Shown here: one piece after another, positions 54,454-64,000 of the stretch
Layout of the letters: each line of letters starts with the position of its first letter
Numbering within the stretch: the first letter of the stretch is position 1
Assembly (NCBI GenBank): GCA_963737155.1
Contig: CAVTRN010000001.1
Coordinates: forward strand, 800,001-864,000
From: Nitrospirota bacterium
GTDB lineage: Bacteria; Nitrospirota; UBA9217
Reading direction: 5' to 3'
Length of the DNA: 64,000 bases
Notes under the pieces: model-generated
Seen by the model: only the letters and a program-made list of their open reading frames with translations
The model's database searches: none
Told to the model about the DNA's origin: nothing
Program-made: the position numbers and the translations under genes

Positions 54454-57400
54454 TCGAATCATCAGCATCTGCCTTCGCAAGCGGCTTGTTGCAATTCTGG
54501 TGGCGACCCTGCTCGCCGTTTTCGGCTATTATTCGTGGACAAAAATGGCGGTCGAGGCGTATCCGGAAATCGGCGATGTCACTGCGCAGGTTGTCACACA
54601 GACACCCGGACTCGCCTCCGAGGAAGTGGAGCAGCAGATTACAATCCCGCTAGAGCGTGCGCTGGCCGGCACTCCCGGCCTTGATTCCATGCGTTCAAGC
54701 AGCACGTTCGGTCTTTCTCTCATTACCCTGGTGTTCAGCGATGGCGCCGAAGACTACTGGTCGCGTCAACGCATCATGGACCGCATCAACCAGGTCAGCC
54801 TGCCTGCCGGCATCCAGCCGGGCCTCGATCCGGTAACAGGCGCGGTTGGTGAAATCTACCGATATACGCTGGAGTCTGATACCAGGAATCTGATGGAGCT
54901 TTCGGAAATCCAGCGCTGGATCGTTATCCCGGCACTGGAGCAGGTGCCCGGCGTGGTCAACGTCGACAACTTCGGCGGTTTCACCATGCAGTATCAAGTT
55001 GAGCTCGATCCTGCCCAGCTCCAGCGTTATGGCGTCGGCCTCGATGACGTGGTTACGGCTATCAACAACAACAGCTCGAATGCCGGCGGCAGCCGCATCT
55101 CGCGCGGCGAGCAGGGCTATGTTATCCGCGGCATCGGCATGGTACGTACCCTGGGAGATCTTGGCAATATCGTCGTCACTCAGCGAAACAGTGTGCCAAT
55201 TCTGGTGCGTGATCTCGGCAGGACGACGTACAGCCATCAGGAGCGCGAGGGCATCCTCGGCAAGGACAACAATCCGGATACCATAGAAGGCATCGTAGAT
55301 CTGCTCAAGTATCAAAATCCATCGGAAGTTCTGAAAGGCATCCATGCCAAGGTTGCGGAACTGAGCAAACAACTAGGGCCCATGGGTGTGCGCATAGTTC
55401 CCTATATCGACAGGGACGACCTGGTGCAGAATACGATTCACAAGGTTTCGCATACCGTCCTTTTAGGCATCGGGCTGGTGTGCATTGTGTTGATTTTGTT
55501 CCTCGGGAGCCCGCGCAGCGCCTTGATCGCAGCGGTTACCATCCCTTTTGCCCTGGTAGTCGTCTTTATCGTAATGCACCTCACAAAGATGCCTGCCAAC
55601 CTGTTCTCGCTTGGCGCTATCGATTTCGGCATTATCGTGGATGGCGCTATCGTCGTGACCGAGGCCATGCTGCGAAGGCGGGAGGCGGAACCCTCCGTCA
55701 CGTTGAGCGAGCATGATGTGTTTAACACAACGACACAGGTGGCGCGGCCGATTTTCTTTGCCACCCTCATCATCATCACAGCCTACCTACCGCTGTTTTC
55801 GTTCGAGCGGGCCGAAGCCAAGCTGTTCTTGCCCATGGCTTATACTGTGAGCTATGCCCTGTTCGGTGCACTTCTGTGTACCTTTACTCTGATTCCCGGC
55901 CTCGCCTATATCGCCTTCCGCAAACCCCGGCCGGCTTTCCACAACCTGCCGTTTCAATGGCTGCAAGATGGTTTCCGCCGGACACTGGAACGTATGCTGG
56001 GCGTTCCGAAAATTGCATATATAATAGGTGGAGTAGCGCTTATAGCCGTCATCGGGCTGGGCATGACCATCGGCCGGGAGTTCCTGCCCGAACTGGATGA
56101 GGGCGCCTTGTGGCTTCAAGTGCAATTGCCGACCGGCCTGTCGCTCGACAAGGCGAGCGAGATGGCCGGGGAACTGCGGCGCACGCTGCTCGAATTTCCC
56201 GAAGTATCTTACGCTATCACCCAGCTCGGGCGCAGTGATGACGGAACCGACCCATGGACGCCCTCCCACATAGAAGCGCCCGTCGGTCTGAAACCCTACA
56301 ACACCTGGCCCGAGGGCGAGACCAGGGCGGAGTTTCTTCGCCGACTCAACGCCCGCTTGCAGCAGCTGCCGGGGTTCCAGATCGGTATCAGCCAGCCAAT
56401 CATCGATATGGTCTACGATGCGATGGGCGGTTCGCACAGCCCGCTGGTCATCCGCATTGTCGGCAACGATCTCAATGAGTTGCGCCGCATCGGCGGCGAA
56501 ATCGTCAACGTGCTGCATGGTATTCGGGGCACAGCGGACGCCTCTGTCTTTCAGGAGCCTCCGATTCCACAGATCGCCATTAACATCGACCGCGAAGCGG
56601 CTGCCCGTTACGGCATAAACGTATCGGATATCACCAACCTGATCCAGACCGGGGTTGGCGGCGCACCGGTCAGCACTGTCTATGTTGCCGATCGGACGTA
56701 CAACGTTACCGTGCGGTTCCCGAAAAATACCCGCAACAATCCTGAGGCTCTTGGGAAGTTGGAACTGACTACCTCCAGTGGTGCACAAATCCCTCTTTCT
56801 GAGGTTGCACAGATCAAGCTGCAGACCGGCGAAAGCGACATCACGCACGAGATGGGCCGCCGCGTACTGCTCGTACGAATCGACAATCGGGATCGGGCCC
56901 TGTCCGATTACCTGGCGGAGGCACAGCGCAAGATCGCCCAGTCGGTGAGCTACGACCACACTAAATATCGCCTTGAATGGGGCGGTGAATTCGAGAACCA
57001 GCAGCGTGCCCAAGCCCGATTGACGGTGATTATGGGCATCGTGCTGGCGCTCATGGCCGTATTCCTGTTTGCCGAATTCGGCAAGATGCGTCAGACGGTG
57101 TTGATCCTCGGGGTAGTGCCGCTGGCGACCTTGGGAGGCCTGATCTCGCTCCACCTCACCGGCGAGACGCTGAATGTCGCTAGTGCTGTTGGCTTCATCG
57201 CACTATTTGGCGTGGCCGTGCAAAACGGCATCATTATGATCTCCAACATCAACCGGGTGCGCGAGCAGGGCGCGGCGCTGCGCGAGGCCGTCCTGTCTGG
57301 TGCGGTTGAGCGTTTCCGTCCGGTGCTCATGACCGCCACTGTGGCGAGCGTAGGCATGCTGCCCGCGGCATTGGCCACCGGCATCGGTACTGATGTGCAG

Positions 57401-57562
57401 CGCAACCTCGCTACCGTTGTGGTAGGCGGTCTGGGTCTTGCCACCCTGCTCACGCTGTTTATTCTACCGACCTACTACTTTGTCCTGGAAAGATGGGTGG
57501 AAAGTCATCCAACCACAAAACCCCAGGTGCTGGAGATGGAAACGAGGGATGGCGATGTTTAG
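54446..57562 (+). CDS. CusA/CzcA-family heavy-metal RND transporter
   Basis: EAYPEIGD, LGAIDFGIIVDG, FLPELDEG, RFRPVLMTA. Confidence 0.92.
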   Translation: MINRIISICLRKRLVAILVATLLAVFGYYSWTKMAVEAYPEIGDVTAQVVTQTPGLASEEVEQQITIPLERALAGTPGLDSMRSSSTFGLSLITLVFSDGAEDYWSRQRIMDRINQVSLPAGIQPGLDPVTGAVGEIYRYTLESDTRNLMELSEIQRWIVIPALEQVPGVVNVDNFGGFTMQYQVELDPAQLQRYGVGLDDVVTAINNNSSNAGGSRISRGEQGYVIRGIGMVRTLGDLGNIVVTQRNSVPILVRDLGRTTYSHQEREGILGKDNNPDTIEGIVDLLKYQNPSEVLKGIHAKVAELSKQLGPMGVRIVPYIDRDDLVQNTIHKVSHTVLLGIGLVCIVLILFLGSPRSALIAAVTIPFALVVVFIVMHLTKMPANLFSLGAIDFGIIVDGAIVVTEAMLRRREAEPSVTLSEHDVFNTTTQVARPIFFATLIIITAYLPLFSFERAEAKLFLPMAYTVSYALFGALLCTFTLIPGLAYIAFRKPRPAFHNLPFQWLQDGFRRTLERMLGVPKIAYIIGGVALIAVIGLGMTIGREFLPELDEGALWLQVQLPTGLSLDKASEMAGELRRTLLEFPEVSYAITQLGRSDDGTDPWTPSHIEAPVGLKPYNTWPEGETRAEFLRRLNARLQQLPGFQIGISQPIIDMVYDAMGGSHSPLVIRIVGNDLNELRRIGGEIVNVLHGIRGTADASVFQEPPIPQIAINIDREAAARYGINVSDITNLIQTGVGGAPVSTVYVADRTYNVTVRFPKNTRNNPEALGKLELTTSSGAQIPLSEVAQIKLQTGESDITHEMGRRVLLVRIDNRDRALSDYLAEAQRKIAQSVSYDHTKYRLEWGGEFENQQRAQARLTVIMGIVLALMAVFLFAEFGKMRQTVLILGVVPLATLGGLISLHLTGETLNVASAVGFIALFGVAVQNGIIMISNINRVREQGAALREAVLSGAVERFRPVLMTATVASVGMLPAALATGIGTDVQRNLATVVVGGLGLATLLTLFILPTYYFVLERWVESHPTTKPQVLEMETRDGDV

Positions 57563-59021
57563 ACTTATAAGCATCTTATGTATTTTCTTGGCCGGATGTG
57601 CTGTTGGACCGAATTTCCAGCGCCCGACCGCGCCCACTGTCGATCGCTACACACAGCAGCCACTGTCTGCGCTGACGGTATCGGCCGAGGTCAAGGGCGG
57701 CGAGGCGCAGCGCTTCGTGCAGGGCATGGACATCCCCGGTCAATGGTGGACACTATTTCATTCGAAACCGCTCAACGACCTGATTGAGCAAGCGCTCAAG
57801 GCCAACCCTGACCTGGAAGCCGCGCAAGCCGCACTAAGGGGCGCCTGGGAAAATGTCTATGCACAGCAGGGTGCGTTCTTTCCCAGTGTAGATGCCAGCT
57901 TCAATCCAACGCGTCAGAAGACTGCCGGAGTGTTGACTAGTCCGTTAGCAAGCGGCAGCAACATCTTTAGCCTTCATACCGCGCAGGTTTCTGTGGCCTA
58001 TGTACCCGATGTGTTCGGCGGCACACGACGGCAGGTGGAATCGCTGAAAGCGCAAGCCGATTCGCAACACTTCCAACTCGAAGCGACTTATCTTACGCTT
58101 ACCTCCAATGTGGTCACCGCTGCGATAGAAGAGGCGGCTTTGCGCGGGCAGATCGAGGCAACCGGGAAAATTATCGAGTTTCAGAGCAAATCTCTTGAAT
58201 TGCTGAAGCGTCAATATGAGCTTGGCCAGATTGCTACAGCGGACGTACTTGCGCAGGAAGCGACGCTGGCACAAGTGCAGACCATGCTGCCACCGCTGGA
58301 AAAGCAGTTGGCGCAACAGCGCGACTTGCTGGCCCGGCTTGCCGGCCGTTTCCCCAGCGAGACACTCGTAGAAGAATTCAAGCTCTCATCGCTGCAACTG
58401 CCGCAAGAGCTTCCCGTGAGCCTTCCTTCTACCCTCGTGGCGCAACGACCGGACGTGCGCTCAGCCGAGGAGCAATTGCACGCCGCCAGTGCAGAGATTG
58501 GTGTCAACGTAGCTAACCGACTGCCGAACATTACGCTGAGCGCCAACTTGGGCTCAAGCGCAACCGCGATCAATCAGTTGTTCACCTCCGGCACCGGCTT
58601 CTGGGCTTTGGCCGCGAATCTGACGCAGCCAATCTTCCAAGGGGGCACATTACTGCATCGGCAGCGTGCCGCTGAAGCGGCCTATGAGGAAGCGGCAGCG
58701 GAGTACCGTAGCGCCGTGCTTGCTGCTTTCCAGAACGTGGCCGACACGCTACATGCCATCCAAAGTGACGCAGATGCCCTGAAAGCGGCCGTCGCCGCCG
58801 AGAATGCTGCCGCCAGAAGTCTCACCATTGTGCAGAAGCAGTTGGAGTTGGGCGATGTCAGCTATTTGGAGCTTCTGAATGCCGAACAGACATATCAGCA
58901 GGCAAATATCAATCTCGTGCAGGCCCTCGCCAACCGTTACGCCGACACTGCGGCGCTGTTCCAGGCGCTGGGCGGCGGCTGGTGGAACCGATCCGATGTA
59001 CTCTCCACGTATGGCCAGTAA
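57555..59021 (+). CDS. NodT-type outer membrane efflux lipoprotein
   Basis: LAGC lipobox, VGPNF, QWW..F, QRPDVRSAE, LFQALGGGW. Confidence 0.9.
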   Translation: MFRLISILCIFLAGCAVGPNFQRPTAPTVDRYTQQPLSALTVSAEVKGGEAQRFVQGMDIPGQWWTLFHSKPLNDLIEQALKANPDLEAAQAALRGAWENVYAQQGAFFPSVDASFNPTRQKTAGVLTSPLASGSNIFSLHTAQVSVAYVPDVFGGTRRQVESLKAQADSQHFQLEATYLTLTSNVVTAAIEEAALRGQIEATGKIIEFQSKSLELLKRQYELGQIATADVLAQEATLAQVQTMLPPLEKQLAQQRDLLARLAGRFPSETLVEEFKLSSLQLPQELPVSLPSTLVAQRPDVRSAEEQLHAASAEIGVNVANRLPNITLSANLGSSATAINQLFTSGTGFWALAANLTQPIFQGGTLLHRQRAAEAAYEEAAAEYRSAVLAAFQNVADTLHAIQSDADALKAAVAAENAAARSLTIVQKQLELGDVSYLELLNAEQTYQQANINLVQALANRYADTAALFQALGGGWWNRSDVLSTYGQ

Positions 59022-59422
59022 GACCGGTCGGGGCACTCGCAACGAATGGATTTCTTCATTTTATTCGGTCCTATCTCCGGGCATCACCTACATGCGAGTA
59101 TGGCTCACTGTTTAAAATAATCGCCAAAATCAGTTTATAAATTGCATATGAATATTGATCTGAGGCGCGCCGTGGCAAGCACCTCCTTTCCGTGCTCAAC
59201 AGCTCCGAGGGCTTTATTGGCTTCGGCATAAAACTACGTACCGCGCCTCGTCATTGCACGGGTTTAAAGCTATGGGCGCGGAGCATAATTAGTCACACCA
59301 CTCTCGAAAATAGGTGCGACATTATGAAACGTCACTGAGCAGGAACCTTTGGTTGTCTCGCACAAAATAGTATTTTGTGCGAGTAACGGGCCCCCGCGTT
59401 CCTATCTGACATCGATATGCAG

Positions 59423-59863
59423 TCATGCCGCTTTTTTTAGATGTACGCCGAGCTGATCCAACATACCTATGACGCCACCACCCGGCACAGCATCGGTAAC
59501 AATTTCGCAGATTTTATCTCCACGTACCTTGATCGATAAGTGCTCCTCGGGAAGAATGAAGCATTTGTTGGTCGGAGGCAGCGCTTGCATACCTGGCATG
59601 ATCACCGGTAGTTTTCGGGTCTGCGTGCCTGTTATGCCGACTGTGACCTTGATTGTGTCGCCGAGTACTTTGAAGTCGCGGGCATGAAAATTCCAATCCG
59701 GGGACGCTCCTACTAGGTTCTTAATCAGCGTTACATACTCATCCTTTTTTATGGGCTGCGGCACCGGTCCGCTGAAGATCATGTCCTCGGTATAGGTAGA
59801 TGCATCAATAGTACCTTTTTCGATCTCCGCTAAAGCCTTTTTAACAATTTCTTGTGCATTCAT
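59423..59863 (-). CDS. NTF2/SnoaL-like protein
   Basis: YTED..FSGPVP, PDWNF, ITGTQT, GMLDQLG; RBS GGAGGAGG. Confidence 0.6.
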   Translation of the reverse strand: MNAQEIVKKALAEIEKGTIDASTYTEDMIFSGPVPQPIKKDEYVTLIKNLVGASPDWNFHARDFKVLGDTIKVTVGITGTQTRKLPVIMPGMQALPPTNKCFILPEEHLSIKVRGDKICEIVTDAVPGGGVIGMLDQLGVHLKKAA

Positions 59864-60355
59864 AGATTCCTCCTCCCATTCATGCTAAGTGCCTCTCGTC
59901 GCGAACAAACGCGACAGCAACTGAACTGTCGCCACATTAGCATTGAAACACGCATGAATTCGTATCCTCAATGCTAAGGATATCCACTATTATAAGTATA
60001 TCACCAGAAAAATGTCGGTATTTGGTAAGATCCCGAACAGCACCATCAACAATATCTAATGGGTAATCCGATAGCATTGTATGAAGTATATATTCGCGCA
60101 AAATGTGGTAATAATAATGTATGCTAAATATTAGGTTTCCCAAGCTCGCCATTGAGCTTAACTCTTCGTGGGGATTGCCGGGGCTATGAGACTATGCGTA
60201 GGAAGTTTATCACCTCTAAGGAGAATTCTTCAATGCGGCCAATCAAGTCCTTCGTCACTTAACCATCACTATTGTGCCATTCGCTTGATTCCTTGTCAGC
60301 CGCGCTATAATTGTAAAAAAGACGGGAATGACCTGAACGGGAAAGGAGCACGGAT

Positions 60356-60742
60356 ATGAGCTACTATTTTAGCAAAACGCTGCAGACAACCTTCGACGAC
60401 GCGGTGAGTCGGGTTAGTGAGGAACTGAAAAAGGAAGGCTTTGGCGTACTGACGGAGATTGATATAAAAGAGACTCTGAAGAAGAAACTGAACGTCGATT
60501 TCAGGAAATACCGTATCCTCGGTGCTTGTAACCCGCAGTACGCGCTCAAGGCCCTGGAAGTGGAGGACAAGGTCGGCACCATGCTCCCCTGCAATGTCAT
60601 CGTGCAGGAAATAGCAGGCGTCGGCGCGGAGATCGCCGCAATTGATCCGGTTGCTTCACTGCAGGCCATCAAAAACCCCGCACTTGAGGAGATCGCCAGG
60701 AAGGTGAGTGGTAAGCTTCGGGACGTCATCGAAAGGCTGTAA
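60356..60742 (+). CDS. DUF302-domain protein
   Basis: GFGVLTEID, ILGACNP, LPCNVIV. Confidence 0.9.
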   Translation: MSYYFSKTLQTTFDDAVSRVSEELKKEGFGVLTEIDIKETLKKKLNVDFRKYRILGACNPQYALKALEVEDKVGTMLPCNVIVQEIAGVGAEIAAIDPVASLQAIKNPALEEIARKVSGKLRDVIERL

Positions 60743-60966
60743 GAGGAAGTATTTATCTTAGCATAGATGACCATACTAAACAGATCCGTTTAAAAAGTTC
60801 GTTAATAGAGTCATTTTGTACACTGTGTAAAAACATTTTCTGATCCTGCAGATGTTTCCCGTGACATTATCAATCATGATAATACCCGCATCTCTTACCT
60901 GATCTAGAATATGGTTATGAAGAATTACTTGAGCGGTTTTACGATCTACGAGAACCGCATGGCGGT

Positions 60967-61600
60967 ATGGCTCATAGCTACTCAACATTCAGGCTTGGAA
61001 CCGACGAGGCCCATTATGTCCTTTATGCAAAGTTTCGTGACCTGAGCTACTTTGATCATCCACCCCTTGTCGGCCGGACCCACGCACTTTTTTTCAACAC
61101 GCTAGGTACGAATGAGTTCGTAGCGCGACTGCCCGCGATACTTTTTTTTGCCATCACATCATTTCTCTGCTATAGGTTCACACTTCCGATGGGAGGGAAG
61201 AGGCCTGTGCTGCTCGCAACTGCGGCACTGAACAGCTCGTTTCTTCTGAGTGGGCTTGGTCTTATGCTGTTCCTTGAGTCACTTTCCTACCACTCGTTTT
61301 TGCGCTCATGTATGCGGTCAGGAGGCTCGAACGCTCTCTTGAGTTCATGAACTTCATTTTACTCGGGCCGTTCCTGGGCTTCGCCGGTCTAGCCAAATAT
61401 ATGGCCATTTTGTTTGTCCTTGCAATTGCTCTTCACGTAGTGATTAAAAAGCGGTATAATCTACTTTTTAATCGCAGACTACTTATAACAGCGGCTGTTT
61501 CCTGTTATCATCATGCCCGTACTGTACCGGAATCAGAACGACTTTATGAGCTTCCGTTATCAGGTCGGCCATGTGGCCGCCACTCAAGACTTGCACAAAG
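60967..61600 (+). pseudogene. Glycosyltransferase family 39 (ArnT/PMT) fragment
   Basis: DEAHY, SYFDHPPLV, EFVARLP; GLAKY in a second frame; truncated. Confidence 0.75.
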
Positions 61601-62561
61601 TTTAAGACGATACCGGGTTTAGTATAGGTTATTACCACGTTATGTAGTGCTGACATTTGGCGACATCAACTAGGAGAAGCGATTGAGAATTAAAATAAAT
61701 CCCATACAGCCCGGGGTTCTGCTATATTTCTCATATTTATTTGGGGCTAGTCACACTCGTTCTGGAAGGACCAAGTTTAATAAACTCGAATAAACTCGTA
61801 AAAAAGCCGGTCGATCTGTTCATTTGACACTCAAAAATAAAAGTGGACTTGGCCAATCGCAATCAGATAAACTAACCGAAGACTACCGCATTCTTAAGTA
61901 TTCAGTATATTGTTTCCAATGGATACAGTATAAATCTTTAATTTCTTTAGATATATGTTTCCTTCAGAAACACATCTCGTTCAATAGTGGTTTTTGGACC
62001 ACACTGCTCACGAAAACAATGTAATAGGAGGTATTACTTTCCTTCTTGTAGTTCCGAAAGCCTGAAAAGAATCATAGAAATAGACGTTCTGAAATGATAT
62101 AAGTACTTGAAAAATTGTTTTAAAAAATTGTAATTGGGAGCTCGGCTTTTAAAGTGCTGGCAAATATTGTCGTTAACTGAGTCAAGGTGATGCACCCCTT
62201 TTAGATAATATAAAAGGGTATAAGCATTGCATGTAAACCTCAGAACGGTAGTTGTATATTGCTGATTTTGTCCAACAATACTGTCAAAAGTTTTATGAAA
62301 ACTAATGAGGCATGCATGAAACCACTGCGGGAACGGAGTGAAATTGCCTAAATGGCGTGCCTGATTTTTCAAAGACATACACTGTGCTTGTGTGGTTGAT
62401 AGGTTAAGAACGTTAAGAAAGGTTCAGAAGCGCTGGGTAATAAGGAGTAGCATAGAGGGGGAGAAATGACAATAAAGGATGTTCTCTCTGGATTCAATAT
62501 AGTTCTCTGTTTTTTATGCTTAATAGTTTGACAATACGTGTCCAAAAAGAGGAGGGTATTT

Positions 62562-64000
62562 ATGAAACGGATTTTCAACAGCTTGGTTCTTTTTGCAGTG
62601 GTGTTGCTTGCCGCCTGTAGCGGAGGCGGAGGTAGTACTACGCCGTCATCACCAAGTACATCAACAGGTACGGACTCTGTTGCAGTAGCCGTACAGAATC
62701 AAGCGCCAGCAGATGTTTGTCCATATGGTGGCATTACCGTACTGTCCGGAATTGTTACAAACAACACTGGCAGCCTCGATACGTCGGATGTTCAGAGCAC
62801 CCAGTATGTCTGCAATGGCGCGCCCGGCTCAACCGGCCCAACTGGCTCAACCGGCCCAACTGGAGCAACTGGAGCAACCGGCGCAACTGGAGCAACTGGA
62901 GCAACCGGTCCGGCGGGGAATAATGGTTCGAACGGTAAAAATACCCTTGTGTCCATCTCGAACGAACCGAGCGGCTCCATCTGTCCAACCGGAGGCGATA
63001 TTGTGAACGTAGGCCTGGATTCAGCGGGAACAGGTAGTCTTTTACCATCGGAAGTAATATCCACAAGTTATCTCTGCAACGGACCAGCCGGAGCAACTGG
63101 AGCAACTGGACCGACCGGAGCAACTGGACCGACCGGAGCAACTGGACCGACCGGAGCAACTGGACCGACCGGAGCAACTGGACCGACCGGAGCAACTGGA
63201 GCAACTGGAGCAACCGGAGCAACCGGAGCGACTGGAGCAACTGGAGCAACTGGAGCAACCGGCACGAACGGCTACAATACCTTGGTGACCATCACGTCCT
63301 TGACCTCGGGAACGTTTTGCCCTTACGGTGGGATTTTGATCAGCTCTGGAACTGATTCCAATAGAAATGGAATCCTCGATCCCAGTGAAGTTCAATACAC
63401 ATCCCATGTATGCAACAGTGCGACGATTATCGAGAGCATTTATATCTATCCACAGCCGGTTCTGACTTCTGCGAACCTTCTAGCGAGCGCCGTTGACCAG
63501 AACGGAGACTCCCTTACGTACTCCTGGACCATTGGAGGGACCAGTACGGCAACAGGAGCGAGCGCAATCTGGAATTCACCCGGCATCCCGGGCAATTATC
63601 TTGTGAATCTCGCGGTTAGCAATGGAACAGATACGGTAAACGGAACGAGCGGTGTAAGCGTTGGCAGCGCCAGCCCATGGCCTAAACGACACTGGGGTAT
63701 CCAATCAACCGGCTTAAGCCCGACAGATACGAGTGCTACGACAGGCACGACCGCAGAGAACATCATTACGCCAGGAGGTGTTTCCGCACTTGTCTCTTCC
63801 CCAGCCATCGGTGAAGACGGGACCGTGTACGTGGGGTCGACTAATGATATAGTCTATGCCATAAACCCGCATAATGGCGGGATCATATGGAGCTATCCGA
63901 CAGGAAGCTACGTGTGGTCTTCCCCGGCTGTTGGTGCTGATGGGACTGTGTACGTTGGGTCGTTTGATGGTAGCGTCTATGCCTTAATCTCGAATGGCAC
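62562..64000 (+). CDS. Surface lipoprotein with collagen-like repeats and PQQ-type beta-propeller (partial, runs off window)
   Basis: RBS GAGGAGG; [19 protein letters not shown] lipobox; three CPxGG..C modules; Gly-X-Thr tracts; [15 protein letters not shown] repeats in the same frame; absent from ORF track because no stop is in the window. Confidence 0.85.
   Translation, partial: MKRIFNSLVLFAVVLLAACSGGGGSTTPSSPSTSTGTDSVAVAVQNQAPADVCPYGGITVLSGIVTNNTGSLDTSDVQSTQYVCNGAPGSTGPTGSTGPTGATGATGATGATGATGPAGNNGSNGKNTLVSISNEPSGSICPTGGDIVNVGLDSAGTGSLLPSEVISTSYLCNGPAGATGATGPTGATGPTGATGPTGATGPTGATGPTGATGATGATGATGATGATGATGATGTNGYNTLVTITSLTSGTFCPYGGILISSGTDSNRNGILDPSEVQYTSHVCNSATIIESIYIYPQPVLTSANLLASAVDQNGDSLTYSWTIGGTSTATGASAIWNSPGIPGNYLVNLAVSNGTDTVNGTSGVSVGSASPWPKRHWGIQSTGLSPTDTSATTGTTAENIITPGGVSALVSSPAIGEDGTVYVGSTNDIVYAINPHNGGIIWSYPTGSYVWSSPAVGADGTVYVGSFDGSVYALISNG
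63090..63262 (+). repeat. 9/18-bp tandem repeats encoding (GAT/GPT)n collagen-like tract
   Basis: GGAGCAACT / GGACCGACC units; a shorter tract lies at 62826-62910. Confidence 0.9.

Noticed and set aside
55787-57154. 455-aa minus-strand ORF, and similar long antisense ORFs such as 11796-12899 and 9602-10237
   Set aside because: Antisense shadows of well-supported genes with no recognisable motifs
62713-63407. Low-complexity ORFs (PVAPVA, LLQLLR, SSCSGR, WSNWSN)
   Set aside because: Alternative frames of the collagen-like repeat in the 62562 gene

Overview
Bacterial accessory region; gene style suggests Nitrospirota or a deltaproteobacterium (inference only). It is rich in metal/anion homeostasis genes and mobile DNA. 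In order: a sigma54-promoted CusCBA-type efflux operon with a Met-rich FixH/YtkA-like lipoprotein and a His-rich sensor kinase/NtrC-type pair; a lytic transglycosylase; two IS1634 elements and one IS21, all with visible IRs and target duplications; four different IS110-family elements (one intact IS1111-type with a long 3' non-coding region); several MITEs; a DedA/VTT-rhodanese whose in-frame UGA and hairpin indicate a selenoprotein; a group II intron whose RT is split at the GTPQGG motif by a 357-bp gene-less, highly symmetrical element resembling a miniature RIT (tyrosine recombinase) element; a pentaheme cytochrome c; mscL; a fluoride regulon with two crcB riboswitches, one dedicated to a dynamin-like GTPase; a Fur-boxed fur-czcBAC-like efflux locus; and a collagen-repeat/beta-propeller lipoprotein running off the right edge. 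All calls come from motif recognition by eye; no database searches were run.
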